A stretch of DNA of 63,465 nt, filler included, from Octopus bimaculoides (GCF_001194135.2; 5 parts of 3 records of this genome joined end to end with filler, not necessarily neighbours in it); one strand, 5' to 3'. Numbered from the whole stretch's first letter, positions 33,629-48,542 are shown. Program-made: numbers and translations. The notes: a model not told the origin generated them from the letters alone.

Positions 33629-34119
33629 GTATTTCTTTCAACACACGTATTGGCATCACGAATCTTGCACACCAAATACACATACGAAAAGTTATTTTAT
33701 ACTTTTTATAAATTATTTCAACAATTCGTTTCAATGATGTTCGACCATTCAAATGACTTCCAAGGCACGTTACTAGTGAATTCTATTAGCTGTCCCTGGC
33801 AGATTTCACTGAGAAGATTAAGGAGCCTTTGGCGCTAAATTCGATGTCATGATATCAAATTACCCAGCATTCCTCCTACATCGTTGTCAGAGGTAAGACG
33901 CTATTCTTTTTCACTATTTTTTCCCTATCATGCCTGTATTGATTTAGTGATTCTTCTATGGCTTACAAGTATTTTGACTTCTATTGTTAGCGAAGCCGGT
34001 GCTTATGTAGTACCATAGTATATTTATATATCTTATATATAATTATCAAGTTGCCTACACGGCTTTACGCACGCGGCCACCAACGTTATTATTTTTAGAA
34101 ATAATATCGTTCTTTTATA

Positions 34120-34158
<39 letters not shown>

Positions 34159-34254
34159 TGTGTTAACAATTAATGTTATCCCCAGGTGTTTTATCTCCTC
34201 CCTCTTGAATTAACTCCATTTATTTATTATCTACCGGTTTCGTTGTGTACATGC

Positions 34255-34515
34255 ATTAATGATTGAGCCATCTGGACATATGTGCATGGTATCATCGGGC
34301 GTTTCAGGTCTTCCAGCATCATACACCCTCCTCCAGCTTGTGTCCAGATGCCCAGATAGCTACCCCATGGCTCCACTCTTTTGTTCCACAGCCATCTTGA
34401 GGCCCCTCTGCCGCATCGGTGGTACTACGGATGACCTTCCTCCTTCTCACTCGCTCGATGCCCAAACTACTGAAGGGTCTGGTCAGGGAACGGGCTGGGA
34501 GAACCCTGCATCCAA
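34255..34515 (-). mobile_element. Hero-like RLE non-LTR 3' fragment
   Basis: [26 protein letters not shown]...SRWLWNKRVEPW with frameshifts; clade assignment is from recalled motif similarity. Confidence 0.6.
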
Positions 34516-34599
34516 CCTACTATGTTGAATATATACACATAGATACACATATGCACGCACGCATACACACACACATACACAAACGCAAATATATATGTA

Positions 34600-34653
<54 letters not shown>

Positions 34654-34881
34654 TATATAAATATATATATATGTATATGTATAACATACATGTGTATATA
34701 AATATATATACATGCATGCAAACATTTACATCTATGCATGTATATACGTGTGCTCAAATAGTGTTGGAAACTCAAATCGCATCAGCAGTTTAAATTACAA
34801 CCTAAGCGAAAATTTTGTTATTGGCTCAAATCGCATCCTCAATTCAAATCATGTTCTCGGATCAATATCTCGGCCTAAGCT

Positions 34882-34930
34882 AAAATTGTATGCCAAAATT
34901 GTATGCCAAAATTGTATGCCAAAATTGTAT
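34882..34930 (+). repeat. 13-bp tandem (aaaattgtatgcc) x3.8
   Basis: Directly visible; ctcaaatcgcat also occurs three times nearby. Confidence 0.9.
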
Positions 34931-35479
34931 CTCAAATCGCATTCCAAGTCCAAGTCCCGTTTTAGGTGCAAAACATATTCTATACAAAAATCATGTACTG
35001 TGCTCAAACTACTCTTCGGAGCTTGCAAAAACAAGAAACGGCCGAGATCAATTTTTCTTCACCATTTCGAATTTTGATAACACATATACCAGTAAATATA
35101 CTAAAAGTCTTGTAATCTATTCAATATGGCCTCTTAATTAGAAGTCTAGTACTTATATTAGAAATCAATGTTTCATTATTAGGTCAATATAATTTCATTT
35201 CGTAATTTGTTGACATAATTTCAGTGTTATTCTTAAATACTACTCTAGTCATTATATATTTTAATTGGTTCTAGCAGTAATTCCTGCTTATGCTGCACGA
35301 CAATCAATATAAATAATGTTTCATTACAAATCATAATGACTGATATACATATTATTTGAGAAAATATTGATCGATATATTTGCAAAGTAAATAGGTAGGT
35401 TACTGAATTGGATTCATGTTTATTACTGGTATCATCATATACGTTACCGAAATATAGTAAATGTACTTCAAATAGTAGA

Positions 35480-35583
35480 CGGTACCTTGGCAATTCTCTC
35501 CTTCTATAGCCTCTAGCTGACCAAAGTCTTGCGAGTGGATTTGGTAGACGGAAAATGAAAGAAGTCCGTTGCATATATATATG

Positions 35584-35642
<59 letters not shown>

Positions 35643-35830
35643 TTCTACCCGCCCCCATCACCGCTTGACAACTGGTGTTAGTGTGTATGTGTTCCCGTAC
35701 TCTGGTACTTATTGTACTAGCGTTTTAACAAATAAGTCCTGGATTCGATTTGTTCGACTAAAACCATTGAAGGCATTACTCCAGCATGGCTACAGTCAAC
35801 TGACGGAAACAAGTAAAAGAATAAAAGAGT
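35480..35830 (+). mobile_element. SINE family A, 5'-eroded
   Basis: gagtggatttggtagacggaaa, internal (TA)(TG)n and family tail. Confidence 0.75.
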
Positions 35831-36856
35831 ACATATATATAAAGCGGGATATGTGTGTTTCAGAGTCTGTATATTCAAATGAGATGCATATGTATCAAAA
35901 TTACATTTAAATTGTTTCTGGTGTCTAAAGGCTCCTTGGGCTGGGACATGTTGCAGGTTCTTTGTCATTCAAGAATCACTCTTGAATGGGATACGAGTTC
36001 GTCACATATCTTAATTTGCACGCGGCTGTAACTGGTAATCATTTATCCTTTCTCAGCCAAGTAGATTCTAACAGTGTGTTATGTAGCAAATTGATCGGGT
36101 ATAAAATGCTCCGCTCAATCGAAGAATCGAACCCCTGGCCTAACAATCGTAAGCCCAAAATGTAAATGTGTACGAATGCGAGATATTAATTACTCATGAT
36201 GCCTTCATAAAACAAGGACTAGTGCTGGTTATTTCCAAATATCGTTACTATAGCGATCAAAAATTCGATGGCAGATTTTAAAGATTTTTTCTTTATGTAA
36301 GTCTTTCAATTCGCTAGGTATTCATGCTGATCAAATTTTCCGTAAACTCAGTCTGTGAAGTATTATTTCAACAATGGCAGATCCATGGCTTATTTACATA
36401 ATATATTCCATTCCATCACTTGTCACATCACGTGACAATCCAAGAAAGCTGCGTTACTGACACAATATTTCACTGGTTATATTCAGATGTCTGTCGATTT
36501 CTTTATATGTTATACATGTTCTGCTATATTTTATTAACTTTTCACTCCATTCGTGAGTTGTTCGTAAAGGGTGAGAAAAAATAGTTTCCCTATATTCCTC
36601 GATGTCTTCGAAGGATTTCGAAAAATGCCTGTATGTCAGCTTTTGCAAGAGGAACGTAGTCTCGGAAGTAGCTGGGTTACGAATATTTGAAATATAGAGT
36701 ACTATACTGAGGTTAACTGAGGAGCAGATTGTGGTGTTAAACAAGGTGGTACATTAGTTCTAGCACACACATACGTTTAAAATTATGTACGCATACATGT
36801 GCTGATTTATATGTATACAAGCATGTATATAAAAGAATATACATTTATATAACGGT

Positions 36857-36949
36857 ATTACTACAGAATAATTCCACACACTAGACTTCCATAATACACA
36901 CATTGTGTTTTTTATGGAAGTCTAGTGAGTGGCATTATTCTGTAGTAAT
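36857..36949. repeat. 93-bp near-perfect palindrome
   Basis: attactacagaataat.ccac.cactagacttccataa pairs with its complement; loop of about 3 nt. Confidence 0.9.
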
Positions 36950-38106
36950 GCGCTTATATAAATATAAATAAATAGATATATTCTTGGGAATAAAAAGTGA
37001 TGTTTTTTTTCCCCTTATGAAATTTTTCACGCTAGCCTCTTGATAAAATTCTTGTAAAATATATTATCCTATTATTGAATTAATTAAAAGAATATATAGA
37101 TAGATATATACATATATATATATGCATATATATATATATGCACACACACACCTATATATATACATATATCCACACATACATGCATATATATGTATGTATG
37201 CATATTATATATACGCAAGTGCATTTCTATGTGTGCTTCTATGTTTGAATATAAGTTTACATTTACAAGTACAATCATAAATAATGTCCTAGTAGCGATA
37301 TTTCGGAAATTCGTTGTTATGACTCGATAAAAATAAACATTAAGAGCAAAAATAACAACAATAACAATATACAATATAGACATAACAAATATCCATTAAA
37401 TAATATAATGAAAGTAAAATATAAATCAATAGAACCAAGTGAACGTTGACGAGTACAGTTTATATTATTGTTTGTTTTGTTGGTCTACTTTGGTTTTTTA
37501 CTCATACCCAACATTCTGTTCTCCTCTCTGGTAATTCATCGTTGCTGTGGTTTCAAACCTCTCTCATTTCTTTCTCTATCTCGCCTCTTCCGCTAACACA
37601 TCTCTCTCACTATATCGCTCCTAATTATTCTCTACCTTTTTTGTCATTTCGCCATCTTTCATTCGCTCCTCATTCATTTTCTATTCTCCCCTCTTTTTAT
37701 GACATTAAACCTCCAATCTTTACAACATCTCATAAAAGTGGGATGTGAGGGATGTCACAGAGTGTAGAATTTCAGGTTAAATTCTCTGTCCTATTCTCTC
37801 TTTCATCGCTATAACTTTACCTTTCATCATCACCATGACTTTAATATAAATACCAGCTGTGTACTGGTTCGAATCAATTTCTTCGCATTTCATCTGCCTT
37901 TCCCTATCTTTCTATTTCGGGCTCCCGCTTTCTCTATTTTTCCATCACATTTTCTTTCTCGTTCATACACTCTCTCGCTACAAATTCGTGGCCTTGTTCC
38001 AATATGTTAAAATCATTATTCACTATATTTATAGCTTTACATACTCTATGTCTGAATGCCAACAACCCTCACAAAATGATGTTGGAAATAGGCAAACCAT
38101 CCAAGC

Positions 38107-38219
<113 letters not shown>

Positions 38220-39214
38220 TACCCGGCGTTGCTTGTGTAAATGATGTTATGAGAAACTGCATGATTATTATACCATAATAGCTAAGTAGTCTTGAGATAT
38301 TGTTTTTAAATTTAGATAAAAGAATAATATAAAGAATTACTACATATATATAATATAATATAATATAATATTATATTATTGTACTATATTATATTAGTTT
38401 ATTATATTATAATATATTTTATCAAAAAGACCCTATAACACCTACAGCACCGGCACAACTTTCACAATAAAATACAAGACAGACAATCGATACCCACATA
38501 CATCTCAAAAACAAAACTTTTGGCTGAAGGATGTATTCAATAAGTATATTGCTAACTACCGTACAGCATCTTGTGTGTCATTCTAAGCATAAAATTCTTC
38601 ATAGATAGTGATGTTCCAATTCAGACACATGATCACACAGCTTATCTAGGACTGTTGTCTAGTAAATCTCTCCTACTACATGACGAGTACGTTTTTTTTA
38701 AAGTAAAGCCACATTTAATTAAAGCCACATTTAATTAAAGCCACAGTTGAATTTGAAAAGACAATTTGAACAAGAACCGGAAGGAATTTTGCCCGATTCT
38801 CTAATGATGTTAACAAAGTGGGTAATTTGGTAGAGTGGAATAATATGCGGGACAGAAAGTCTCGCTGTTTTGTTTTATCCAACTCTATCCGGCTTGCGGT
38901 CAAATCCGGCGGCTTTTAACATTTGTCTGTTGTCTCTTTATGATTGATAAATCAAATACCAGTTCAGGTCAACAGATAAGCAACATTTTATAGTGCTTTG
39001 GGGAATATGTCTGTCAGAATATGTTCTGACTCTCTGTGTTCTTAGTGCAAAACCTGATATAAAATTGTTGTCGTGCTGCATTGTCATTTGCTTTCTGCTC
39101 CGAAGATATGTACGTCGGAGTGGGGAAATCTTGTTTGCGTCATGTATATCCGATAGTCTTTTGTACAGCTTCCAATGATGGTAATATTATAAAATACTAA
39201 ACTAGAAGTGATGT

Positions 39215-39900
39215 ACGAAGTTATAATGGTAAAGAATGTGACTCAAAATTAATTCTTTCTGCTATAGGAACAAAGCATGAGAAGTTTCTGCATGCGGTGG
39301 GATCGAAATGACTGCTTCGACCCCACTCCCAAATCATAATTATATGAGTCAGAACTCAGAACGTTAACGCGAGTGAAATGCCGTTAAGTATTTTGCGAGG
39401 TTCACGATTCTGCTAAACTGCCACCTCAATTTATATAAATTCTTTTCCAATTTTGGGTCAAGAGCCAGAAAATTTCACAGGAGCGGGAAATAGCTACTCA
39501 GTGCTCAACTAATACTTCTTTTATCGACCAAGGTAGGATGAAAGGCAACGTCGGCCTTGATGGAATTTGAACCCAGAATGCTCTGCGAACAACAAAATAT
39601 CAACGATCTAACGTTTCTGCCGGTTCACCGCCTTCCTTTATTATGGAACACAGCAATTTAAGGAAGAGGGAATAGTCGATCCAAGAACTACAAGACTGGT
39701 ACATTATTTTTTGGAAGGACGAGGAAGGAAATCTGAAGGTGACCTTGGCAAGATTTGAACTGAAAACGTAACAAGTTGTAACTAAGTGTCTTAAGAGAAA
39801 TTCGTTCGACTTTCTTAATGCCATAATCCTCCGCCCTAAAGTCTCGAACCTACAGTTTATTAGCACTTCATTTTATCGAACTCATAAGAATGAAAGGTCG
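39215..39900 (-). mobile_element. Cluster of degenerate SINE B copies
   Basis: Reverse complements of the family B body (tttatcgacc...ggatgaaaggc...gtcggcc..ggatttgaac). Confidence 0.55.
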
Positions 39901-41576
39901 ATTTAATCTCACCTAACTTCGAACTCAGCGACAGTTAAATGCATTACGCAATTTTGTTCACCATTCAGTAAAAGGGATATGTTTCCTATCACATACTTTA
40001 TATCTCTTGACTCTTTTCATTTCATCACCTATGTTTCTCTGCCTGCTTCTAACAGAAACACTTCTCCCTCTCACTCCAACTTCTCTCTTCGTGTTTTGAT
40101 GTTATATTGTTATACATTCATACACTGTTACTCACTCTCCCTGCCTCCATCTATTATCCATTCTCTCCTATGCTACATTTCTAAAACCAACTCTACGGCA
40201 AAGTATTATACGCCCACCCTCACTTTACTTCCTCTCATCATTCTAGAGCGTCTTTCTTTGCTATTTACCGAAATACACTTCCAAGCACCAATACACATAT
40301 GTTCATAACTCATGATATATTCATAATTGACGTGCACACATTAATATATACTTTTTTTACGATATATAAAATGTTATATCATAACGTAACTATATATATA
40401 TATATATATATATATNNNNNNNNNNNNNNNNNNNNNNNNNNNNNNNNNNNNNNNNNNNNNNNNNNNNNNNNNNNNNNNNNNNNNNNNNNNNNNNNNNNNN
40501 NNNNNNNNNNNNNNNNNNNNNNNNNNNNNNNNNNNNNNNNNNNNNNNNNNNNNNNNNNNNNNNNNNNNNNNNNNNNNNNNNNNNNNNNNNNNNNNNNNNN
40601 NNNNNNNNNNNNNNNNNNNNNNNNNNNNNNNNNNNNNNNNNNNNNNNNNNNNNNNNNNNNNNNNNNNNNNNNNNNNNNNNNNNNNNNNNNNNNNNNNNNN
40701 NNNNNNNNNNNNNNNNNNNNNNNNNNNNNNNNNNNNNNNNNNNNNNNNNNNNNNNNNNNNNNNNNNNNNNNNNNNNNNNNNNNNNNNNNNNNNNNNNNNN
40801 NNNNNNNNNNNNNNATCCTTATGCATAATACATTCAAACGATACATACAAGGTTTTCATATAAGCTGGGTAGATACATACAATGAGAAATGTTGACTGAA
40901 TATATAAATATATTTTGTAGATCTTGATGGAATATAGTGTATATTTATAGAAAATATGTTCTGAAATTATTGGCAGTATGATTGTTGAAGGATTTTATAG
41001 GCAATATATAGATGATTGAATATAAAGACACTGTGTGTATATGATGGCTAAATAGATAAACACTTCGTATAGATGTTCATTGAATATATATTCACAGTTT
41101 TGTTGATGATAGCAAGATGCATACTCACGGTTTATAGGCAGACACAGTGTATATAGACACAGTGAGTATATATTAATTGTAAAAGTAGATGCTGTGGTGA
41201 TGTGGACTAGCTAGATCGATACAGTGCACCTATATTGATTCTATAGATCGATATAATTTAGGTATATTGGCTTGATCGATAGATGTAGATTGTTAAGGTT
41301 AAGTGTACAGACCAAGAAAGGCTAAGTTGTTTCATTGGAACTGCGTATGATTGATTGTATTTAGGTCCAAGAGCCGCTGTATATTTTTTAAAGTTATATT
41401 TATAAATAAGTATAGATATCGCTACATAAGTCTACTGGTTGTTGTTAACTAATTAATTCCTGCCACATAATAGTGTTTTAGGGGTAAAAAAATCAAAAAT
41501 CTGAAATATTATATCAGGAGCTGCGCATAACAATTTTAAGAGCCGCGCTTCGGCCGCTGTTAGAATAGAGACAGAG

Positions 41577-41666
<90 letters not shown>

Positions 41667-41958
41667 TATAATCCTTTGGCCAAGCTGAGAGTTTCTGAGG
41701 AAAGTGGGAGGAACAAAGGTAGCTATCGTCAAACAAGTACCTGGACCAGAAAAATATGTTAGAATGAAAAGGACTCCCATCATGACAACTAAGAAACACA
41801 TTTTGACGTTATATACATTAACAGATTAAGTCAACCAACAAAGTGAGCTACTGTGTGATTTGAAATCAGAGCTAAATGAGCTGAATAAATTAAGCGAGGA
41901 ATTTCCAACATTGTCCTAATGACTATGTTAATTAGCCAATTTCTGTGCAGTTCTTGAA

Positions 41959-42275
41959 GGCCCATGGCTCAAAGGGTAAAGCGTTGGGCTCACAATCATG
42001 AGGCAATGACTTCGATTCCCGGACAAGTCTGTAGGCTTTGTTCTTAAGCAAGATACTTATATCACGTTACTCCAGTTTACTCCGCTGTAGAAATGAGTTG
42101 CGACGTCACTGGCGCCAAGCTCTATATGCATTTTGCCTTTCCCTTGAATAACATCGGTGGCATGGAGAGGGGAGGCTGTTATGCATGGGCGATTGTTGGT
42201 CTTCCCAAAACAACCTTGTCCGGACTTGTGTCATGGAGGGGAACTTTCTAGGTACAATCCCATGGTCATTCATGA
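41959..42275 (+). mobile_element. SINE family C
   Basis: A-box tggctcaaagggt, B-box ttcgattcc, CORE-like cttaagcaagatactt, and a distinct tail. Confidence 0.6.
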
Positions 42276-42393
42276 ATGAAGCGGTTCCTTTTATACACAC
42301 ACAGACACACACACGCACACACACATATATATATTCTTTTACTATTTTACTTGCTTCAGTCATTTGACCGCGGTCATGTTGGAGCACCGCCTG

Positions 42394-42472
<79 letters not shown>

Positions 42473-42900
42473 TATAGTGCAGTGTAGTTTTGAACGTGTC
42501 CTCACACACGATCGTTAGATTTTGGCTCCATTTCATACATCGGGCAATACATTTTGCTCTTCAGCAATATCTTCATTTCATATTGCTCCAGTCCACTCAG
42601 TAGGCAAAACTTAGTAACTTTGCGACACAGCAGCATCTGTCAGGCGGAGAAAGTAATATGTACCTCAAAGAATCTGGGAAATGGTTTTATGAGCTGGGAT
42701 AGTACTTATGATCCTTTTTGATATGGTGGTTGACGGAATTGACAATGAATAGAAGCCTATTAAATATAGCGCATGCACACACACACACACACATACACAC
42801 ACAAACACACACACACACACACACGAACACACACACACACACACACACACTCATATATATGTATGGAATAAACAGGACAGAAGGATACACGTGGGACAGA

Positions 42901-42946
42901 GACTCGCTGAAGAAGTCACAGGGCGTATGACGAAAGATTTCAGACA
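42901..42946 (+). ncRNA. Hammerhead family 1, copy E, in a solo unit
   Basis: CUCG-CUGAAGA-A-GUCACA-GGGCG-UAUGAC-GAAA-GAUUUC-AGACA. Confidence 0.6.
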
Positions 42947-43859
42947 AAGGAAACTAAAATAAGAATAAGAAGAAATCTGATCCCCCCCCATACACACATA
43001 CACACATATACGTGCATACATACATTCATGTGTACACGGATATATATCACAAATCATCATTTACACTCACTTCGCATAAATACATGTCTACATATGAACC
43101 CAGTATAGGCCAGTTTTTGTGTCGGCATGCTTGTATCTATGCAAATGATAGCTAGCGAAATAGATAAAATATATATGGTATGTGTTGTGACTGACGGAAA
43201 CAAGGGAAAAGATGTTAATTTCAATGATAAAAACAGAGCGTTAAATTCTCAGAAGCTTAGCTATGAGAATTTATAGTTATTGACTACAATATGTAGACAC
43301 GGTCAATATCTACATACATTATATTAAATATTGACTGGATAATTGATACCGGGTGTAGATGCTATCTGCGAATATATAGTTTCTAGATGGTGCATGGATG
43401 GACAACCTCAGTGTTTAGTCTATAATTGCATAATCACAATGTTATGTAGAAAATAACTCTATGAATAGACACAATATGTATAGACAGACAAACGCAATAT
43501 GTAAAACACACACACACATACACACACACACACACACATACATATATATATACATATTGAACATGTGTATGAGCAATTCAAAGAGAAGAATGCTGCATTG
43601 TTTGTAATAGAGTTTGTAAACAATATGAAGTTAGACAGAGGATCGTCCTAAAGTATGGGAATAGTAGGCATTTATCCAGGGTCCTTACGTCTCTAAGGGC
43701 CCAGTTCTAGTCTGTGTGTTTCCTGGCTCATTGCTGATATTTCCCGGAGGCCATAATGCTACTAAGCCGTAGCACAGGGTGCACAAATTTAAAAGAGGGA
43801 GCCAAAGAATATATCTTTTGTCCTCTTATCCACTACTTGTCGCAGTCCTTAGACTGCGG

Positions 43860-44115
43860 TCATTAGGGGGCGGCGCCATGCAGAACTTTTAGTCGAATGA
43901 GTCAACCCCAGTGCATATTTCTGTTTTTAAGCGTGAAGCTTATTGTATCGGTCTGTTTTGCTGAACCGGTCAGATAAACACAACAAAACAGGTTGTCAAG
44001 CAGTGGCGGGGAACAAACAGAGGCACAAAGACTAACACACACACACACACACACGCACGCACACACACACGCACACAGACACCCACAAACACACACGTGC
44101 ATATGCATATACATA

Positions 44116-44157
<42 letters not shown>

Positions 44158-45168
44158 GTATATATATATATATATATATACATATANNNNNNNNNNNNNN
44201 NNNNNNNNNNNNNNNNNNNNNNNNNNNNNNNNNNNNNNNNNNNNNNNNNNNNNNNNNNNNNNNNNNNNNNNNNNNNNNNNNNNNNNNNNNNNNNNNNNNN
44301 NNNNNNNNNNNNNNNNNNNNNNNNNNNNNNNNNNNNNNNNNNNNNNNNNNNNNNNNNNNNNNNNNNNNNNNNNNNNNNNNNNNNNNNNNNNNNNNNNNNN
44401 NNNNNNNNNNNNNNNNNNNNNNNNNNNNNNNNNNNNNNNNNNNNNNNNNNNNNNNNNNNNNNNNNNNNNNNNNNNNNNNNNNNNNNNNNNNNNNNNNNNN
44501 NNNNNNNNNNNNNNNNNNNNNNNNNNNNNNNNNNNNNNNNNNNNNNNNNNNNNNNNNNNNNNNNNNNNNNNNNNNNNNNNNNNNNNNNNNNNNNNNNNNN
44601 NNNNNNNNNNNNNNNNNCTGTGTATCAATGCCTCACGCTATCGAGGGACTAAATAAGTAAAAAAAAACTACTAAAAAAAGCAACATATTTACCGAAAGCG
44701 AGGTAATGCAGCTTTTCAAAATTTATCTCTTAAAAATATTTAACTCAACGGTAGACCACTGGTTTCTCAATCAAATACAGAAAAAACTGTGAAATAACCT
44801 GTATTCTTTTGTTCATCAGTACACGTATGGTCAAGATATATAAAAATAAACAAGAATCACCTACCACGATGTAGCCATCACAGCAACGATGACTTTTGTT
44901 ATTTTTAGTAGTTTTTTTTACTTATTTAGTCCCTCGATAGCGTGAGGCATTGATACACAGTTAATGCCCTTTACATATAATTATATATATATATATATAT
45001 ATATGCGACGGGCTTCTTTCATGTTCCGTCTACCAAATCTACTCACAAAGCTTTCGTCGGTGAGGATTTATAGTAGAAGACTCTTGCCTTAAGTGCCTCG
45101 TTATTGGACTATATCTGTAACCACGTGGTTAGTAAGCAGGCTTCTTACCACGTACCTAAGCCTGCACC
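43860..45168 (-). mobile_element. SINE family A split at its internal microsatellite by a gap and a MITE
   Basis: Tail at about 43860-44035 and head at about 45004-45168, in the same orientation. Confidence 0.6.
44618..44960. mobile_element. MITE with about 60-bp TIRs
   Basis: ctgtgtatcaatgcctcacgctatcgagggactaaataagtaaaa and its exact complement; the right flank is TTAA and the left flank is in a gap. Confidence 0.85.
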
Positions 45169-45324
45169 TTGTAGTGGGCGGGCCATAAACATGGATACAT
45201 TTTAAATGGTAGTGTCTTCGATCAGTACCAAAATATTTGTTACATATGTGTCCCATCATTATGATTTACCCACTTGATATGATCGGTATTTGAAATAACG
45301 ATCATATCCTTATTTATATAAATT

Positions 45325-45362
<38 letters not shown>

Positions 45363-46050
45363 TTTATATTTATATATATATATATANNNNNNNNNNNNNN
45401 NNNNNNNNNNNNNNNNNNNNNNNNNNNNNNNNNNNNNNNNNNNNNNNNNNNNNNNNNNNNNNNNNNNNNNNNNNNNNNNNNNNNNNNNNNNNNNNNNNNN
45501 NNNNNNNNNNNNNNNNNNNNNNNNNNNNNNNNNNNNNNNNNNNNNNNNNNNNNNNNNNNNNNNNNNNNNNNNNNNNNNNNNNNNNNNNNNNNNNNNNNNN
45601 NNNNNNNNNNNNNNNNNNNNNNNNNNNNNNNNNNNNNNNNNNNNNNNNNNNNNNNNNNNNNNNNNNNNNNNNNNNNNNNNNNNNNNNNNNNNNNNNNNNN
45701 NNNNNNNNNNNNNNNNNNNNNNNNNNNNNNNNNNNNNNNNNNNNNNNNNNNNNNNNNNNNNNNNNNNNNNNNNNNNNNNNNNNNNNNNNNNNNNNNNNNN
45801 NNNNNNNNNNNNNNNNNNNNNNNNNNNNNNNNNNNNNNNNNNNNNNNNNNNNNNNNNNNNNNNNNNNNNNNNNNNNNNNNNNNNNNNNNNNNNNNNNNNN
45901 NNNNNNNNNNNNNNNNNNNNNNNNNNNNNNNNNNNNNNNNNNNNNNNNNNNNNNNNNNNNNNNNNNNNNNNNNNNNNNNNNNNTATATATATGTATGTAT
46001 GTATGTATGTACATATGTCAGTATGTATGTATGTATGTATGTACGTATAT

Positions 46051-46096
<46 letters not shown>

Positions 46097-46319
46097 TGAA
46101 AGAGAGAAACACCGGTTATTTTGGAACATGTGTCGCTGACAGCCAGCGAAATAAAAAATCAGATATGAACTACGATGGGAGGCCTTAAATAGATCTTACT
46201 GCGGATGTATCAACACTTTATATACAAATCTCAACATGAAACAACAAACAACTTCTCTCGTTACACACCTATGTACTCTCAGACAGGTAACCAAAATACC
46301 AACGGACAATGTTGTTCTC

Positions 46320-46560
46320 TGCATCATCATCATCATTATCATCGTCGTCATCGTCGTCGCCACCACCAAAACCGCTATCTTGATTATCAACGCTATTACA
46401 CGTCTATGTTCCATGCTGGCATTGCCTGAACGGTTCGGTATCGATTGGTCGGAAGACTTCATTCCATTTGAATGTCCGCATTAGAGTGGTTTCTATGGGT
46501 GGATGCCCTCCTCAACGCTAATCCCCCTTACAACATTTTGGTGGGGGAGTTATTTTCATC
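46320..46560 (-). mobile_element. Diverged RTE-like 3' tail with an (ATC)n run
   Basis: ttccatgctggcat...ggatgccctcctcaacgctaa resembles 3300-3440. Confidence 0.5.
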
Positions 46561-47085
46561 CTAGCAGCCAAGGTTAGGTCTCCTGCGACTGAGTGGAACT
46601 ACAGTAGTGAAGTGGAAGGCAGCTTATTCTGGGGAATGGCAGGTTACAATGTCAAAAGATGAGTTACAACAGAATTGAGTTCTTGATGTTGCTGACTTTA
46701 TGTTCATAAAATATGTAACAGGATACACTGTAACGAAAATTTCAGAAGTAATTGTTTGTAATTCCCATCAAAAACTAGGGGTCAGAAACAACTGGACCCC
46801 AGTTCACACATAACACATGGAATGTTTTCTTTAGTTCACAGACCTTTCCTAAACAGAATTAAAAATTTAAAAGATTGGTAAGACGAAGATTGATTTTTTT
46901 AGCAGTCCTTTTCGTCATGAATTGGTAAAGTTTTTCTTCATCCATATTGACATGGTGGAGTGGGAGATACGCTAGTATTTTTAAAAATAAGAAATGATAT
47001 AATATATTAATATAGATTAAGAAAATATCTTGAAAAAACCCCCCAAAAAACAAAGGATGAACATCCTCATACGTATAAACATTCA

Positions 47086-47497
47086 TATTCTTTTATTCTT
47101 TAATTTCTTTACTTGTTTCAGTAATTTGAGTGCGGCCGTGCTGGAGCACCGCCTTCACGGGTTTTAGTTGAAAAAATCGGCCACAGGACTTATATTTAAA
47201 GCCTAGTACTTATTCTACAGGTCTCTTTTGCCGAACCAAAAATGTTATGAGGACGTCAACACACCAACACCGGTTGTCGAGTGGTAATAGTAGGGGTGGA
47301 AATACAGACACAGAGACACATGCACATAGATATATACATATATATATGACGGGCTTCTTTCAGTGACCGTCTACCACATCCACTCATAATCATTATGTCG
47401 GCTCGAGGCTAGAGGAGAAGACACTTACCCAAGGTTCCACGCAGTGGAATTGAACCCGGAGCCATATGGTTCGGAAGCAAGCTTCTTACCACAGAGC
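47086..47497 (-). mobile_element. SINE family A, near full length
   Basis: Reverse complement matches 57448-57833. Confidence 0.8.
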
Positions 47498-48479
47498 ACC
47501 AACGGTAAATAAAATTTTAAGTGAGAAGCAGATAAATCTATAAACGTGAAGAATATCGGGTCGAAATTACACTTGGCCAGAAGAAAGTCGAAGGCTACTT
47601 TTTCCATTTAAGTGGGATTTTAACCCAGTATCCCACGTTATGTCATATAAAACATTATCTACTGCGAGTTTCGCTATATAAAGTTAATTCAATTCTGGCG
47701 AAGTTTCAAATTTCTTTTAATGTAATCATTCGTACATTTTTCTACTTCAGTTGCCGAATAAAATAATGTAAGGTGACATATATCTCATACATACAAAAAC
47801 AGAAAACACTAGACTCACCCACACAAACATATATATATATATAATTATACTCAGATAATATAAATACACGTATAAAGTGACTCATATATACATTAATGTT
47901 ATACTTTATTTATGTGATGTATTTAAGTTCCATTCATTATGTTTGTATAATTGACATAGACATAAATTTATAGTTTCGGCTACATGTTGCGTCGTTAAGC
48001 ACTCTTAGTGCTTAAATAACTTATAGCTAAAATTTTACAGACACATACACACACACACATACAGAGACACACACATATGTATATCACGATTTCACTTAGG
48101 CATAGGAATGCCAAGAAACTGTTTGAAATCAATATCCTGATGCTTTACAGTGAAGTGCCAAGTTACTACAGAGCGTAATATGAACTAATGAATAACAAAA
48201 GAACGCGAGTTCCATAATGACTTCCGTTGCTTTACAGCTGTTTCGGTTGAAGGAAAATATTACGCTCAGAACCATAATTCAGACACATACACAGGTGCGC
48301 GTGTTTGTGGCAATAATGTTATTTAAAAAAAACAGTTGTAGAATAACATGGAACATTTACCGAATTTGAGACCAAGTTTACCCTCAAGATCAAGTTAACT
48401 TGGCCTTTATAATATATATGTATACACACACGCACATATATATATATATACACACACAAACATACATAAGTGTGTATAA

Positions 48480-48542
<63 letters not shown>

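Noticed and set aside
34297-34328. Hammerhead-like words (UGAUG...GAAA) in the Hero-like 3'UTR
   Set aside because: Lacks C3, A9 and any helix I; treated as a simple stem-loop.
34419-34793. Many ORFs rich in YI, CV, HT or LS repeats across the window
   Set aside because: Translations of microsatellites.
36454-36744. 96-aa minus-strand ORF
   Set aside because: No recognisable homology and no convincing donor site.
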